From NCBI GenBank assembly GCA_964057225.1, contig OZ059899.1, forward strand, positions 5,642,001-5,706,000: a DNA stretch of 64,000 nucleotides. The letters are read 5' to 3'. Source of the stretch: Auanema rhodensis. Taxonomy: Eukaryota > Animalia > Nematoda. The notes beneath the pieces are model-generated. The model was not told the origin of the DNA. It worked only from the letters and a program-made list of their open reading frames with translations, and made no database searches. Below are positions 34,114-46,800 of the stretch, piece by piece (positions within the stretch are counted from its first letter, which is position 1; the number at the start of each line of letters is the position of its first letter). The position numbers and the translations under genes are program-made.

Positions 34114-37100
34114 ATGCCTCCTCGTGGAAGAAAACGGAAACGACCAGCGGATGAAATTGTTGTAAAAGAAGAATCAAACACAATAGTAAATGTTACTGAA
34201 GAAACCAATTCTACTGTGAGATTATTTGTTTAATTTCATAACAATTATTATTTTTTAAAGTTAAAATCTGTTAAAGAATCAGATAATGAAGAAGAGTTCA
34301 TCGAAGTTGAGCTTGATGACGTAAGCTACGACTAAGATTTGCTTTTTATTATATTTCCAATTTAGGGACCTTCAACAAGCTACGATGCAATCACACATAA
34401 GGAACCATTGGCAGGTTTGTGTGAAACGCTTGGATTTTATTATTGTATTTTATGTTTAGCTTTGAAATCTCCCATTTCTAAAAAGAAAGTTGCCGGACAA
34501 ACTTCGAAGAGAGGTCGTAAAGCTGTTAATAATGTACCAATTCTTTCGGAGGTTTAAAATTCACCTATTTTGAAAATTCATTAAAAATTTGTTAGTCAAA
34601 ACCGTCAATTACTGCAGCTCCACTCAGAACTCGCGCTGCAGCTTATCATGAGAAAATGATTGAGGAAATGAAAGTAGAGTTGGACTTTGAAGGTATATTT
34701 GGCTTAGTTTATCTGATGTAATTTTTCACTTGAAGAGCCAGTTCATGAGTTCCGTTGTGGGTTTTGTGAAATGGTCTTATTGTCACAAATTGAGCTTACT
34801 GAACATAAACGAGCTTATCATAAGGAGCATGTGGTATCTCAATTACCTGAATTTATTGAAAGTGTTGAATATTTAGGCTAAATCTGATGTTGTAGCTGGG
34901 TCATTACTTTGCGCACATCCCCATTGCAATGGATCTTTTCCGGATGTTAGTCATTTAATTGCACATTTGGTTGCATTCCACAATCAACAGCAATATCGTA
35001 TTCGTCGAATTACTTTTGATAGAATTGATAAGTTTGATGTAATTTAAATAATTAACACATTCTTCTAGGATTTATTTTTTAGGCTTGGCGCAAAGAATTG
35101 GAACGAAGTTCAAGGTGTACTTTTATTGCTTCACAAGAACCGGAAGGCTCAACTGATTCATACACAGTTCACATGTACTGCGAGTTTTGTGAAGATTGGA
35201 GAACACAGGCCGAGAAGGGACCTTCTCATCCTCAACAAGTTCCAAACAAAATAATTGGATGTCCTGCATATTTTGTCGCCACTGTTCACAATAAGAAAGA
35301 GTAATCCTTTATTTACTTTTTGAAAGCTAATTTATTTGTGCTTTTAGTAAAGTATCAGTTATGGGATGTTTTGCACATCTTGGACACCATAAAAAGCCGT
35401 CTTGGTCATCTATTCCTTGTGATGCTTATGTAGCAGTTAAAGATGAACCTCAATATCCAATTGCCAGCGTATGAAAAAATAATTTGTTTTAAAATATTTG
35501 TTAATGATGTTCAGGTAAAATGTCCGGATTGCGAAGCCGTTTTCCGTTCTCGCACTGCAGCTTCTCGTCATCATCGAAGAGTGCATGAAGGAATTTTGGA
35601 TGGTCGTTCTTCTGAGCCAAAGTTAATTATTCATTTATTTTCAACTACTAATTATCAAACTCAGAATGCCTTCACTTGAATGTGGGGACCCTGAATGTGA
35701 TGTCGTCTGCGACAGCATGGTGACTCTGGTTCAGCATGTTGCTGAAGCTCATAACAGAGATGATTTATCAGTGGAAGAGTATAAGTTTAGCAGTATGGAA
35801 GAATTTGAGGTTGTCAAAGTATCAAATAAGGTTCATAATGAGTTTGTTTTTTAGGCGTGGAAGCTTCGAATGGAAGTAGAAACTTGTTCGAGATTTGCCA
35901 AAATATCTGGTAGAGATATGAAACATGAAGCAACCAAGTATCGTTGTTTTATTATTTTCGATTTTTAATGTTATTGCTTACAGATATTTTCTCTGTCATT
36001 TAAGTGGTCATACGAATAGATTACGCCGGAAAAGTGAAGCCAATGTTCATCGTCAAAGAAATCGACCAACAAAGAAACTTGGTCGATATTGTACAGCTTT
36101 TATGAGTTTGAAATTAAACAAAGAAGACAAGTATATTATAGTTTATTGATTATTTATTTGTTTCTCTTGTTATTTTAGAACCGTGGCTATACGTGGATGC
36201 CTAGGGCACTTCGGCCACTCTTTCGATGTTCGTCGCTTACCATTAACAGAAGCATTGAAAAAAGAAATAACAGAACTTCTTTTAAAAGGATGTTCTGAAG
36301 ATGATGTTGTACAAATTATACGAAGTAATTTTCTCAATTCAAGTTTTATTTTATTTGTGTTAAATTGCAGGCAGATATTCCGAGCATGAACGTGGATTCT
36401 GGCTTCAACGTTACGAAGTTCGTAACGTTACATTAAAATTACAAAAGGAAGGAACTTATGTGAAAGAAATGTATGCTCCTGTTGATGATGAAAGAGAATG
36501 GGAGGAAACATTATCCGTTCCACAATATATGGGTGCAGGACAAGATGGTACTTCTTATAGTGATCAGGTACCGAAACCTTTATTGATATTTTTCTTCACT
36601 TTCATTGATTTCAGGGATATTTACGAGACGAGGAATCACGCGCTATGTCAATACCAGGAATTTCCGTTGATATGCGATTCAAACAAAGTCGTTCCTTATC
36701 TGAGTATGTATTGAAAATATGGAAAATTATTTTATGATGTTTTGTTTCAGTATACATTTAACAAGAAGAAGAAATTTTGTAAGTGGTGCTCAGCGTCATA
36801 GAGTTATCGGTGGATCTACAAAAATTAAAAGAGATATTGTCCGATTTTTAATTTTTTTTCCAAATAAATTTTCTTTTATAGATGCCTCACGCTATGGATT
36901 TGATGGAATATGTTGGAAATGGAGAATACAGTGGTGAAGGCGAGATTGTAGAAGTAGTGAGTTTTCTAACGGTTGTAATAACTTTCAGTTTGAAATTTCA
37001 GCGCGAAGTAGAAGGAATGCTGGATTCTAACAATGATGTCTACTATGAAACACCCTATGAAGAAGAGGAAAAAGTGGTAACACTTCCACATCATTCGGTT

Positions 37101-37709
37101 TCAAGTCAACCTTCTATGCAAATGGCACGAAAAAGAGTGCCGTTATTGAAGGAACCAGGTGTCACTGGAAATGCTGACTTCGATGATCTCATGAACCGTA
37201 TTAAAGATAGAATAGATGTATTAATATTTTCCTTTTGTACGACATTTACAATAATTTTTTAGAATATTTCTCAGCAATTGAAAGTAACACAAGATGTACC
37301 CAGGGCTCAAGAATTATTACGAGAACTTAAGGTAATTTATAGTAATGTATAGTAATGTATAAGTTATCTTACTTTTCAGACCTTGGAAGGGCGATTAGTG
37401 TCCGGAGGCGTAGGGCAAACCACAGTTCCGACTATTCTCCAATCTCAGAGTCAGAGTTGGGAAGTTGCCGATGATTTTTATCCAGGTTTGAAGTAAATAA
37501 TTAACATTGTATTATAAAAATGTTTCAGATTATGAGGATCAGGATGTTGGTCATGAAGTAGAAGTTGATCAATCAGCCGATGGTCATTATAACGAAGACG
37601 AATATATCGAGGATCTTAACGCGGTAATTGAATTAAGTTTGAGGTTCTTATTTGTATAATCATAATTTAGGGTACAACTGAAGTGGTAACAGAAGAGATC
37701 GTGGGATAA
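34114..37709 (+). CDS. Nuclear C2H2 zinc-finger protein with two WRKY/FAR1-like (Mutator transposase N-terminal) DNA-binding modules
   Basis: NLS PPRGRKRKR; four C2H2 fingers (CGFC, CAHPHC, CPDC, CGDPEC); two modules F.AW[RK]..E...YxC/FLC...CxA...GCxxHxGH; then LPLTEALKKEITELLLKG...IIR...YEVRNV and an acidic C-terminus. Stop TAA 37707-37709. Confidence 0.85.
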
Positions 37710-37882
37710 CAATAATTCTTGTAACTGTGTGTATGTGCATTTTGGAATGTTGCTAATTCTTTAAAGAAGAAAAAAATAATGCTTTGAAATTTGAATACTT
37801 CAATATATATATATGTATGAGGTCGAATTGTAATAATTGCATCAATAAATAATGTACAATCTAATAAATAGTCATGAGTACT

Positions 37883-40249
37883 TTAATGTTTTTTTGAATG
37901 TATCTTACGAACAACATTTCTTGCTACTTTACCACTTGCTGTTTTTGGTAATTCTTTGATTGCCTCTATATACTTAAGCTGCTTATATGGGGCCAAAATT
38001 TCTACAAAAAAAGAAAATTATATGTAAAGGAAATGTTTGTGTTACCTTTCACGTGTCTCATGATCTCTTCCAGTACAAAATTCTTATTATGTTCTTTTAT
38101 TCGATCTGATAGTACAACGTATGCTTTAGGAACTTCCCCTTGAAGTTCGTGTTGAACACCAATAACACAGGTCTCCACTACAAATGGCAATGACTGTATC
38201 ACGTCTTCCTTTAATCAAATAAAATTCAAAACTTGGAAAAAAAATGCAAAATACAATTTCTGAAGGTGAAACTTGTAGACCATTGACTTTGATGAGATCT
38301 TTAACTCGATCAACCACGTAATAGAAATGATCAGAATCATAATAAACAATGTCTCCTGTTCGAAACCATCCTTCAAAATATTTTTTATTATATATTTTTA
38401 ATTTTAATAATAAAGTAGTATTGTTTTACCATTATGAAAAGGGTTCTCCTGTTCGCCTTTGTATCCTTTCATTACACATTCAGACTTTAAATATAATTCT
38501 CCATGCTTTTTAGGTTCTCGAATTACTTCTCCTGAAGGTGATATAATCTGCAGAAATTTGAATATTTTGAAAACTATCCATTGATGTTTAGAACCTTTGC
38601 TTCAAAGCCTGGTATTAACTTTCCACAACTGCCAAGTTTATCCTTAGGTGTCTTTAACGGTGTTACATGGCTAAGTACAACAATTTCCGATAATCCATAT
38701 CCTAATACAATAATATATAAGTTGTGGCTTTTCACTATGTATTACCTTGGACCAAATATTTAACTGAAGGAAAATTTTTTAAAATATTAGAACTCAATTC
38801 TGGACCAAGCGGGCTAGATCCGCAGAGTATTGTGGTTAAGCAAGAGACATCCAAATTCAGTTGGCTCGGTGCAAACTGGCAGAGAAAACGTAGAATTGAA
38901 GGAACAACATTTAACACTTCAATCTGAAACAATAAGAAAGTTGCGCCTTAATTGAAATAAGGGTTCTTGGCATACTCGATGTGTACTGATTAGTTGAAGC
39001 ATTGTTATTGGATGAAATTGAGGCATTATAATAGATTCACAGCCTTCGAGTAAGGAGAACACAAGTGCCCAAAATCCACTGCCGTGATGAAAAGGTAGAA
39101 AAGCTAGTGACTTCTTCTTATTATTGTTTAAAATTTCATCAAATAATGATCTGAAGCTTGCTGAATTAAGCATTATATTCGTTGATATTGAAACCTTTTG
39201 AGACTGTCAGTGGCAGCCAGATAATTACGGTGAGTTAGTATAACACATTTCGGTTTTCCTGTAGTTCCGCTTGAAAATGGCATGATAAGCGGATCATCCA
39301 ATCCAACACTACCTAAAGAAATATAATAGAAAATACTTGCTTAACACTGTATTTGTTCTATTTACATGTATCTATAGTAGTTTCATCTACATCAACTAAA
39401 TCTCTTGGGATTGTGGGCCTTGCACATGTATCTTTTTTGCTTATGATGATTATATCAGCCTACAAAATTATTTGAACTATGAAAAAAATTGAGACAATGC
39501 TGTAAATCATTATTTATAATGTGTTTATAATGAATACATTGTCATACCTTTGGAGCAGAGTCACCTAAGCCCTGGGCGATTTCAGTTGTTGTTACAAAAG
39601 CAGAAGCACCAGCTTTACGAGCATAGTCGTTGATTTCTTCTTTAATCAAAGTAATTCCAAAATATTTTCAACATTAAAAAATATTTGTAAAGTTTTTCTT
39701 TCAAAGTTTATTCAATTTTGTTGTTCAAGCTGATGGTTGATGATTTGACGTGAAATTGACGTTACACATTTTTTTTAAAGAAAAAGCAGAACTATTGATT
39801 TCTAGTGAATACAAATGAAAATATTAATTTTCCATCCTTTTAGAAAAAAAAATAAATGAGCAAATAAACCTTTAGTTGATTGTGTGCTTATTCCAGAGAT
39901 GGTTGCTCCCAGTAATGCAGAAGCTAAGAACACTACTGGATACCAACAGTTATTTGGTAAACAGACAAGAATTGAAGAACCTGACGAGGAAAAGAATTTT
40001 TTCACGTAATTTAATGCTTCTAATTCATAAAACGAAAATTCACCTTGCTTTATGCCACGTTTTCTAAATAGGTCAGCCACTTGATATGCTTTTTGACGAA
40101 CTTCAAGAAAGGTGAAAACATCATCGTTATCACGCTGAATGTACTCATTTCATTTATTTTAAAAGTTAAAAGCTAACCAGAGCATGTTTATTACCATATT
40201 CCAAGCATTTCTCTAGAATTTGTATATGAAACAATACTGGAGAATACAT
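37883..40249 (-). CDS. 4-coumarate-CoA ligase/luciferase-like acyl-CoA synthetase (ANL superfamily)
   Basis: AMP-binding MPFSSGTTGKPKCV; FLPFHHGSG; QGYGLSE; GWFRTGDIVY; VVDRVKDLIKVNGLQVSPSEIE; PKTASGK. Stop TAA 37885-37883. The start MYSPVLFH is inferred. Confidence 0.9.
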
Positions 40250-41573
40250 GTAGTAGTTGATGTGACAGTTACCAATCGAAATACAGAAATGCTATGATGA
40301 TGATGTCGATGATGATGTGTATTGTATGAATATGGAACGTCCAAATAGAAAAATTTGAGCTCGAATTCGCTTATAGTTCCTTATGAACTATAACTAATTA
40401 TATGAGCTAATTATATAAAATATAGCTAATATTCAAATGTATCTTAAACATAGCTGTATCAAGAATACGGTATCATATATTATAATACTGAATTATACTT
40501 TTTTTATCTCAAAAACAGTTTCATCATATACTTGAGAACGTTGATTTCATATGGTATAGATGAACAGTTCCAACATTTTTTGCAATTTTATTTTATGAAT
40601 TTCAAAGTCAACAACATGATTCAGCTTTACGCCATTCACAACTATCCGGCTTTTCCGGAATAGTTCGCTTAGGTCAAATTAGTTTTCTTTTCGAACAGCT
40701 TCGCAGGTATACCTTAGAAATCAGAAAATCAAAATTTCCGGCTTCAGTTGCCAATGTTGAACGTGCACGTCAACAATGCGTGAATCAGCTGGGGAGATCA
40801 TCTGGAGAGTATTGGCTTCAAGGTGCTTGCATTCCAATCATCGTTGACAATTTTTTTTTGCTGAGAAAGAGCACACGAGCTACACAATCCTATTTGAACG
40901 AATAGAGAGGAAGAATCGCTCAAGGCACTCGTTGCGTAGGCCATGGAGATGACAGTGCAGCATCACTGACTAAGAATGCCGCCTCGTTGTTATAGCCGTT
41001 GTGTCTTTCGTCTTCGTAGTCGAACTAGCCAACCGGATTCGGAAGCGAAGCAGGCATTCGTGCACGCACTGGATCACGCTTCAACGTGAACCGATAAAGT
41101 TCAGTCAACACACATAAAAAAGTGAAAGCAATATTAGTAAATACTGAAATAAAGAAATTCAATCAAATTGAAAGTATAATCAAATTTATATTCAAAACAG
41201 TGACTCATTCTGAAAATAAATAAAGTTTTCAGAATGTCTACAAGTATTTTCAGAATTATCAATTGTCTTATCAATTTAACTGCGCAACTCTGATTCTTAT
41301 TGTGTATATTGTATGTGGTTGAGAGTATAGAGATCAGCTTCCGCTTCCTTTTACCGGCGCACTTATTCACGGCTTTGCTCGTTAAGCCATATCGCTTTCA
41401 CACAAAGATACACTCTTCTGAAAATAGTTGAACAAACTCTAGGATAGTCAAGTGAACTCACATCTGATAAAGCTTTAAAGAGCACTTGAGATCAGAAAAT
41501 TCTAAGTAAATAAGAGCAAAATGTTTAGCATTGTAACAACGTATCCACTTATGCTAATGAGATGAAAGTACTA

Positions 41574-41601
41574 GCCACGTGCGGTCACGTCAATGACGTG
41601 A
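41574..41601. promoter_or_regulatory. E-box/ACGT-core element plus palindromic TCACGTCA-A-TGACGTGA
   Basis: GCCACGTG 41574-41581, then a perfect inverted pair at 41585-41592/41594-41601, between the divergent ACS and otopetrin genes. Confidence 0.45.
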
Positions 41602-43839
41602 AACACAAAGATAATTTAAAATTTTCCTTTAAAGAAGATAATCAGCAAACAACACGGTTGCATTGAATTGAAACAAGTCAAATGGAAATGTGATAGACAG
41701 GTTAGATATTGAGATCTAAAAGAGTTTTGCTTATTAAAATTATAAATATTTCCTTTAAACTACATAATAAATATATTGAATAGTATATTTGTTATTGTAA
41801 AGTTCCAATTTTGTTTGGTCATTTCATATATATTTATTTTTTTTTCACAATAGATAAACAAAATAGTCTGTTATAAAGATAGACAGATAGATAGATATGT
41901 ACATATTATGTATGTACAATATCTTTTACAATTTCTTTTTTTTTTTCAGTTAAACACCAAGTTTTGTATAAAGTTATTTGATTAGCCTCGGCACGATATT
42001 TATACGGATGACTGGCAGTATTTCTTTCTTCTCGCGTCTTGTTTACTTGTAATGGAAAAAGTTGAGTTCAACATCTTCTTGTTGACTTTTGTAACTGACC
42101 ATAATAAGCTAGTCAAGTTAATGTAATCTTATGGGTATTGTTAGGATACTACAGTATCTTTCATGAGTATCTTTCAAAATGTTCAAGCTTGTTTTATGAT
42201 AATTGACGTGAATCAAAGTAAATCACGTGAATATCATTTACTCTTTGATGAATTACGTCAATTACTTGAAAAGCTTGATTAGAAAGTGTGAATCAGGTTG
42301 GGAAGCCTGCTCTATTTCCAGTCTCAATGTTGATACAACCGTCTCTTGCTCTCTCTATTGTCGTTGTTTTCTCACCTACTCCGCCGTTTCACTTATCTTT
42401 AAACCTTTGTTTCTCATTTTCTCCTATCTTTCAACTTTTCTATCAGCACTCTTCTTGCACCCTAGTTTCTCCTCGGTTTCACGTATATATGAGATCATTA
42501 TATTTATCTCTTATAGACAGATGGAGAGCAAGTTTTGCCCCCAGGGCATGAACTTCGTCCTTATCTTCCTGTAAATACTGATCGGCACATATATTAGACA
42601 GGATCATATGTGATGCTTGCTCCTTCTCTGATCTCGTTCAGTTATGCATGCTAGGTTACTCACGATGCTCTAAACAACTTTAATTATGATAATTATAATA
42701 AAGTAAATCTATAAAATAAAATTTATATTCTTTAACTGTATACTAATACTTATAATTGTTTGTTTTATTTCATACCTAACTATATGTATGTATATACTTT
42801 TACATGATTATACTATTGCAAATATTGAACTCTTTAGTAAGACATCTAATAGGTGAATCAACTTTTGTTTTCAATTTATTTATAAAAAAATTATTTTATA
42901 TATGTACATTTAACCATATATACATAGTTTACATATGTCTTTTTTGTTTCTCTTTTCTTCTTTTCTCTCAAAAAAGGAAAACCATCTCTAAGAGTTTAAT
43001 GAAAATGAGAAGAGTATTCAAACAAAGAGGACTGTTTGTAGTGTGCTCTTCCTATTTTTTAAAATTTGTCTATTGTGTTTTTCGTTTTCTTCTTGCACAC
43101 TTCTCAGGCATTACATGCATTTAGATGCTTCTTCAAAAGTCGCAAATAGCTAAAACCTATCCATCATTATTTTAAAATTATTTTGCTTTGGTTAGCTTGA
43201 AAACAGTCTCTAATTATTATAAATATATTAAATATGTATATTGTATATCGTATAGGTTTCTAATATATTGTGTGCTCTTGACTTGACTGTAGTTCACTTC
43301 ATATTACTTGACATGATGCATACAAAAGATTATTTAAACAACATTCTAGTACTATCTTATTGCGTTCATTCTATTTCTAATGAACATAAAGAAAATCCTT
43401 CCTTTTTCTATTGAACTTTTTGATTTCAACTAAATTCTGGTCTGCGAAACATGTGCTTCCATAATTATTTGTATTTCCTTTCATTGCAAAATATTCTCCT
43501 ACTCTAGAATTTTTAGATTAAAATGTGATTCTTTTCTCTATTTATGATTTAGATACATCTTTTCATTTAAATAATATATTTTTCTTATTAATTATTTATT
43601 TTTATGATAATCATCATTTTTTTTTATAAATTGATATATGAAGATAATGATTCAGTTATAAAACTTATAATATTTTAATTAATAATATTATTTATAATTA
43701 TTTAACAAATTTTAAATAATTAAATTATATTGTCTATGATTTCAGTTTTATTTTCTTTTTCTTTTTTTTTTCTTTTTGTTTACTTAACTCTTCTTATACA
43801 GTTTATTATTATTTTGAGTTTATAGTAAATAGTTTAGAG

Positions 43840-46800
43840 ATGAAAGTTCCCTTGGACAAAAAAATACAAAATGAAAAAGACGATCGTCATTCAATTGATA
43901 CAAGTTTCAGTTCAAGTAGGTTTTCTATTAATCTATCGTTATACGTTACCTTCATGATTGTATTCTATTCTATAAGAAGATTTTGAAAAGAGAGTTGAAC
44001 ATATATTAGACAAACTTCAAAGTTCTACCTTATATTAACATCAAACATTCGAATAGCTTTTATAACAAAGAGAGAAAGATCATACAGTTTGTTGTAGATG
44101 GGAAGTATATTGCCACGCGTACGAAGTCCATTATACCATAGATCATGTAACCGAATGGTCATGAGAGCCAAAATCAGCTCTTGCTCATAGAGGGAAGAGA
44201 CACTTTTTTAAAAAGCAAATATAACGTGTTAACAGTACAGTTTGCTGTTAATTCAGCAAGCTGTGACATAATAAACATGGCATATATATCTTCAGCGATT
44301 TTTGAAAAATGCCATTTGCGTTTGTATGTGTGACTTGAAAAAGAGCACACAAAATATGAGAGAAAGAGAGAAAAACGTAGACGTTACATATTCTTATTTG
44401 GAGCACAAATATAGAGAGTGGAAAAGAAAATGCGGAAGAGATAGAGTTTTAATAGTGAGAGTGAAATAGTACGTGAAAGATAAAGAAAAACTAAGAGAAT
44501 TGAGCAAAAAAAAAGGGAGGAGAGGGCAAGTATGTTTGACATTATCGCTTGTTTCTCTTCTAGTCACTGCAACCAATGATCAAACGTTCAAAAGTCCGAA
44601 ATTATGTGATGATGATGAAGTTGATGATGAGAGAAGTTTTGGTAATAATGCTAAGCTTCAAGAAAGTTTTATGAAATCTCAATGAAAACCTAGCAAACAA
44701 ACGGTAATTTAACTAATGACGAATTCAATACATGTCTGTTGATAGATGAACACTGAATTCGTGTGCGGCAGTACACCAAGGATGTAGTTTCGACAACCTT
44801 ACCTCCGAGAACTGTAACCTCTCGGGTAAATAGCAGCAGAGATCATCATTCTATATTGACTGAGAATTCATGCAAAAAATGTTCGAAAACTTATTTTTTG
44901 TTTTGAATTTCCTTTATGTGAAAATAAAAAATAAATTATGATAAATAAAATAAGAAAAGATAAGAGAGAGAGAGAGAAAGAAAGAGAGAGGGAAAGAGAG
45001 GTGGGAGGTGGACAGAGAGAGAGAGAGAAAAGCTAGTAATAGGGAGGAGGCAGAAGCTAGTAATATATAATATATAGTTTAAGATTTTATTAAATATTGT
45101 TTATCCACCCACTTGAAATAATTAAAAATCAAAATACTTTTAGATTGTGATTTATCAAAATAAACAAAAAAAAAAAGAAAATTTCTGTAAATTAAACAAA
45201 CTTTGTTTAATATAAATTAGGAATTAAATGATATTGTACTTGTATATATTTAAGATTAAAAGGTAAAATGTAAATAACAAAAATCTGAGTAATTTACACT
45301 CAATTAATCATTGGATATTTTGAGGGAAATTTGTAAATTGAAAAATTAGTCATTGGAAACAAAAGGAGAGAAATTAAAACTATATTTGAGTACTGTGCGG
45401 GCAAGACATACAAATCAGAGAACATTAGAGAAGATACAAAATGATTTTGAAAGAAAAGTGATATGTTAAAGAAAAGAAGATAAAAAAGTGTAGTTTTAAG
45501 AGAGAAAGAGAGAGAGAGAGGGAGTGTAAAGAGAAGTAAAAGGTGTGGGTTAAGAAGAGCAAAACGTTTTTTTTTTGTAGAATAATCAGATGAAGACAGA
45601 CGAAACGAACACAGTACTTTGACTAACTGAAGTTGAAATAAAGGATAAGACAGTATGTGATACTGAGAAAAGATATACTTTAGTGCTTCTGTTTATTGAG
45701 AGAGTAATTGGCTCGTGCCGAATGAGCCAACATACACGTAGAATCATAGAATACACGAGTGAAACAAAGCTTAGTTATAATAAGATATATGCATTTTGAA
45801 TTATTTCATTTATAAAATATAATTTTTATTATTATTATTACTATATGTATAGTTAGGTATTTCTATTTGTTTTATTAATTTAATTATTATAATTATATTT
45901 ACGGTTTTTCATCTATATACTTAAGTCATAAATCAAAGAATAAGATTTTTTTTCTCTAAAAACTGTTAGAGAAAAAGGGGTTTTCCCTTTTCATTCAATG
46001 CCGTACAAGGCTTCTCAAATATGTTTGCCATACGGTAATAAAGGGGAGGTTTGCTACTCTTTCGGAAACAGTATCAGTCAAGACTCTTAATTCACTCTAG
46101 AGCAGCTGTGTAACTCCACCTTTTCCTTTCTTTAAATGCTCCTTTACTATGTTCACACATTCAGTGTTAGAACTAGTATGTTCAATGTACTTGTACTTAG
46201 ATCTTGCATCATAGATGTAAGACTAAGATCGTTGTCAACAAACGCTTAACGAACCGTTTGAGATTTGAGACAGTACTTTAAATCAAAATAATAATAATTT
46301 TAATTATATAATATATAAAATATATAATTTTAAAGAATAACTATAGTTAATATTTTTTTCATTATTACAATTACTGGAAGGATTAGTGGGCGATTCGTCA
46401 TGAACCGCCTTATATTGGTTTAAGACCTTCTTAACTTCTGTTATCAAAGTTTGAACCTGAAATTTTATCTCGTACAATGTTTTTTCTGACTACTCCGCCT
46501 TCAGTGTATTACATGAAAGATAAACTATATAATACTTAATATTATATAAAAAGTCTTTAGAGCTTCTCCTATTATCACTTTCTTATTATTTTTTATAATA
46601 TTTCAACTTATTGTTAATAATTATTAATATTTTAGTATCTACTGTCATGATGCACTCTATGGAACACGGCGACGAACACACAGGTCATGTAGCTCATAGA
46701 CCTCATAGTGGTGAGCCAGGACGAAGTCCGAATCTACTTGATCACAACGATATGCGAAATCCTTGGATGAAAAAGAAAAAAGCAACGTAAGTTACTAATG

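Noticed and set aside
42227-43124. Hydrophobic ORFs of 87-115 aa upstream of the otopetrin
   Set aside because: T-rich composition yields F/L/I-rich ORFs by chance; no family motifs.
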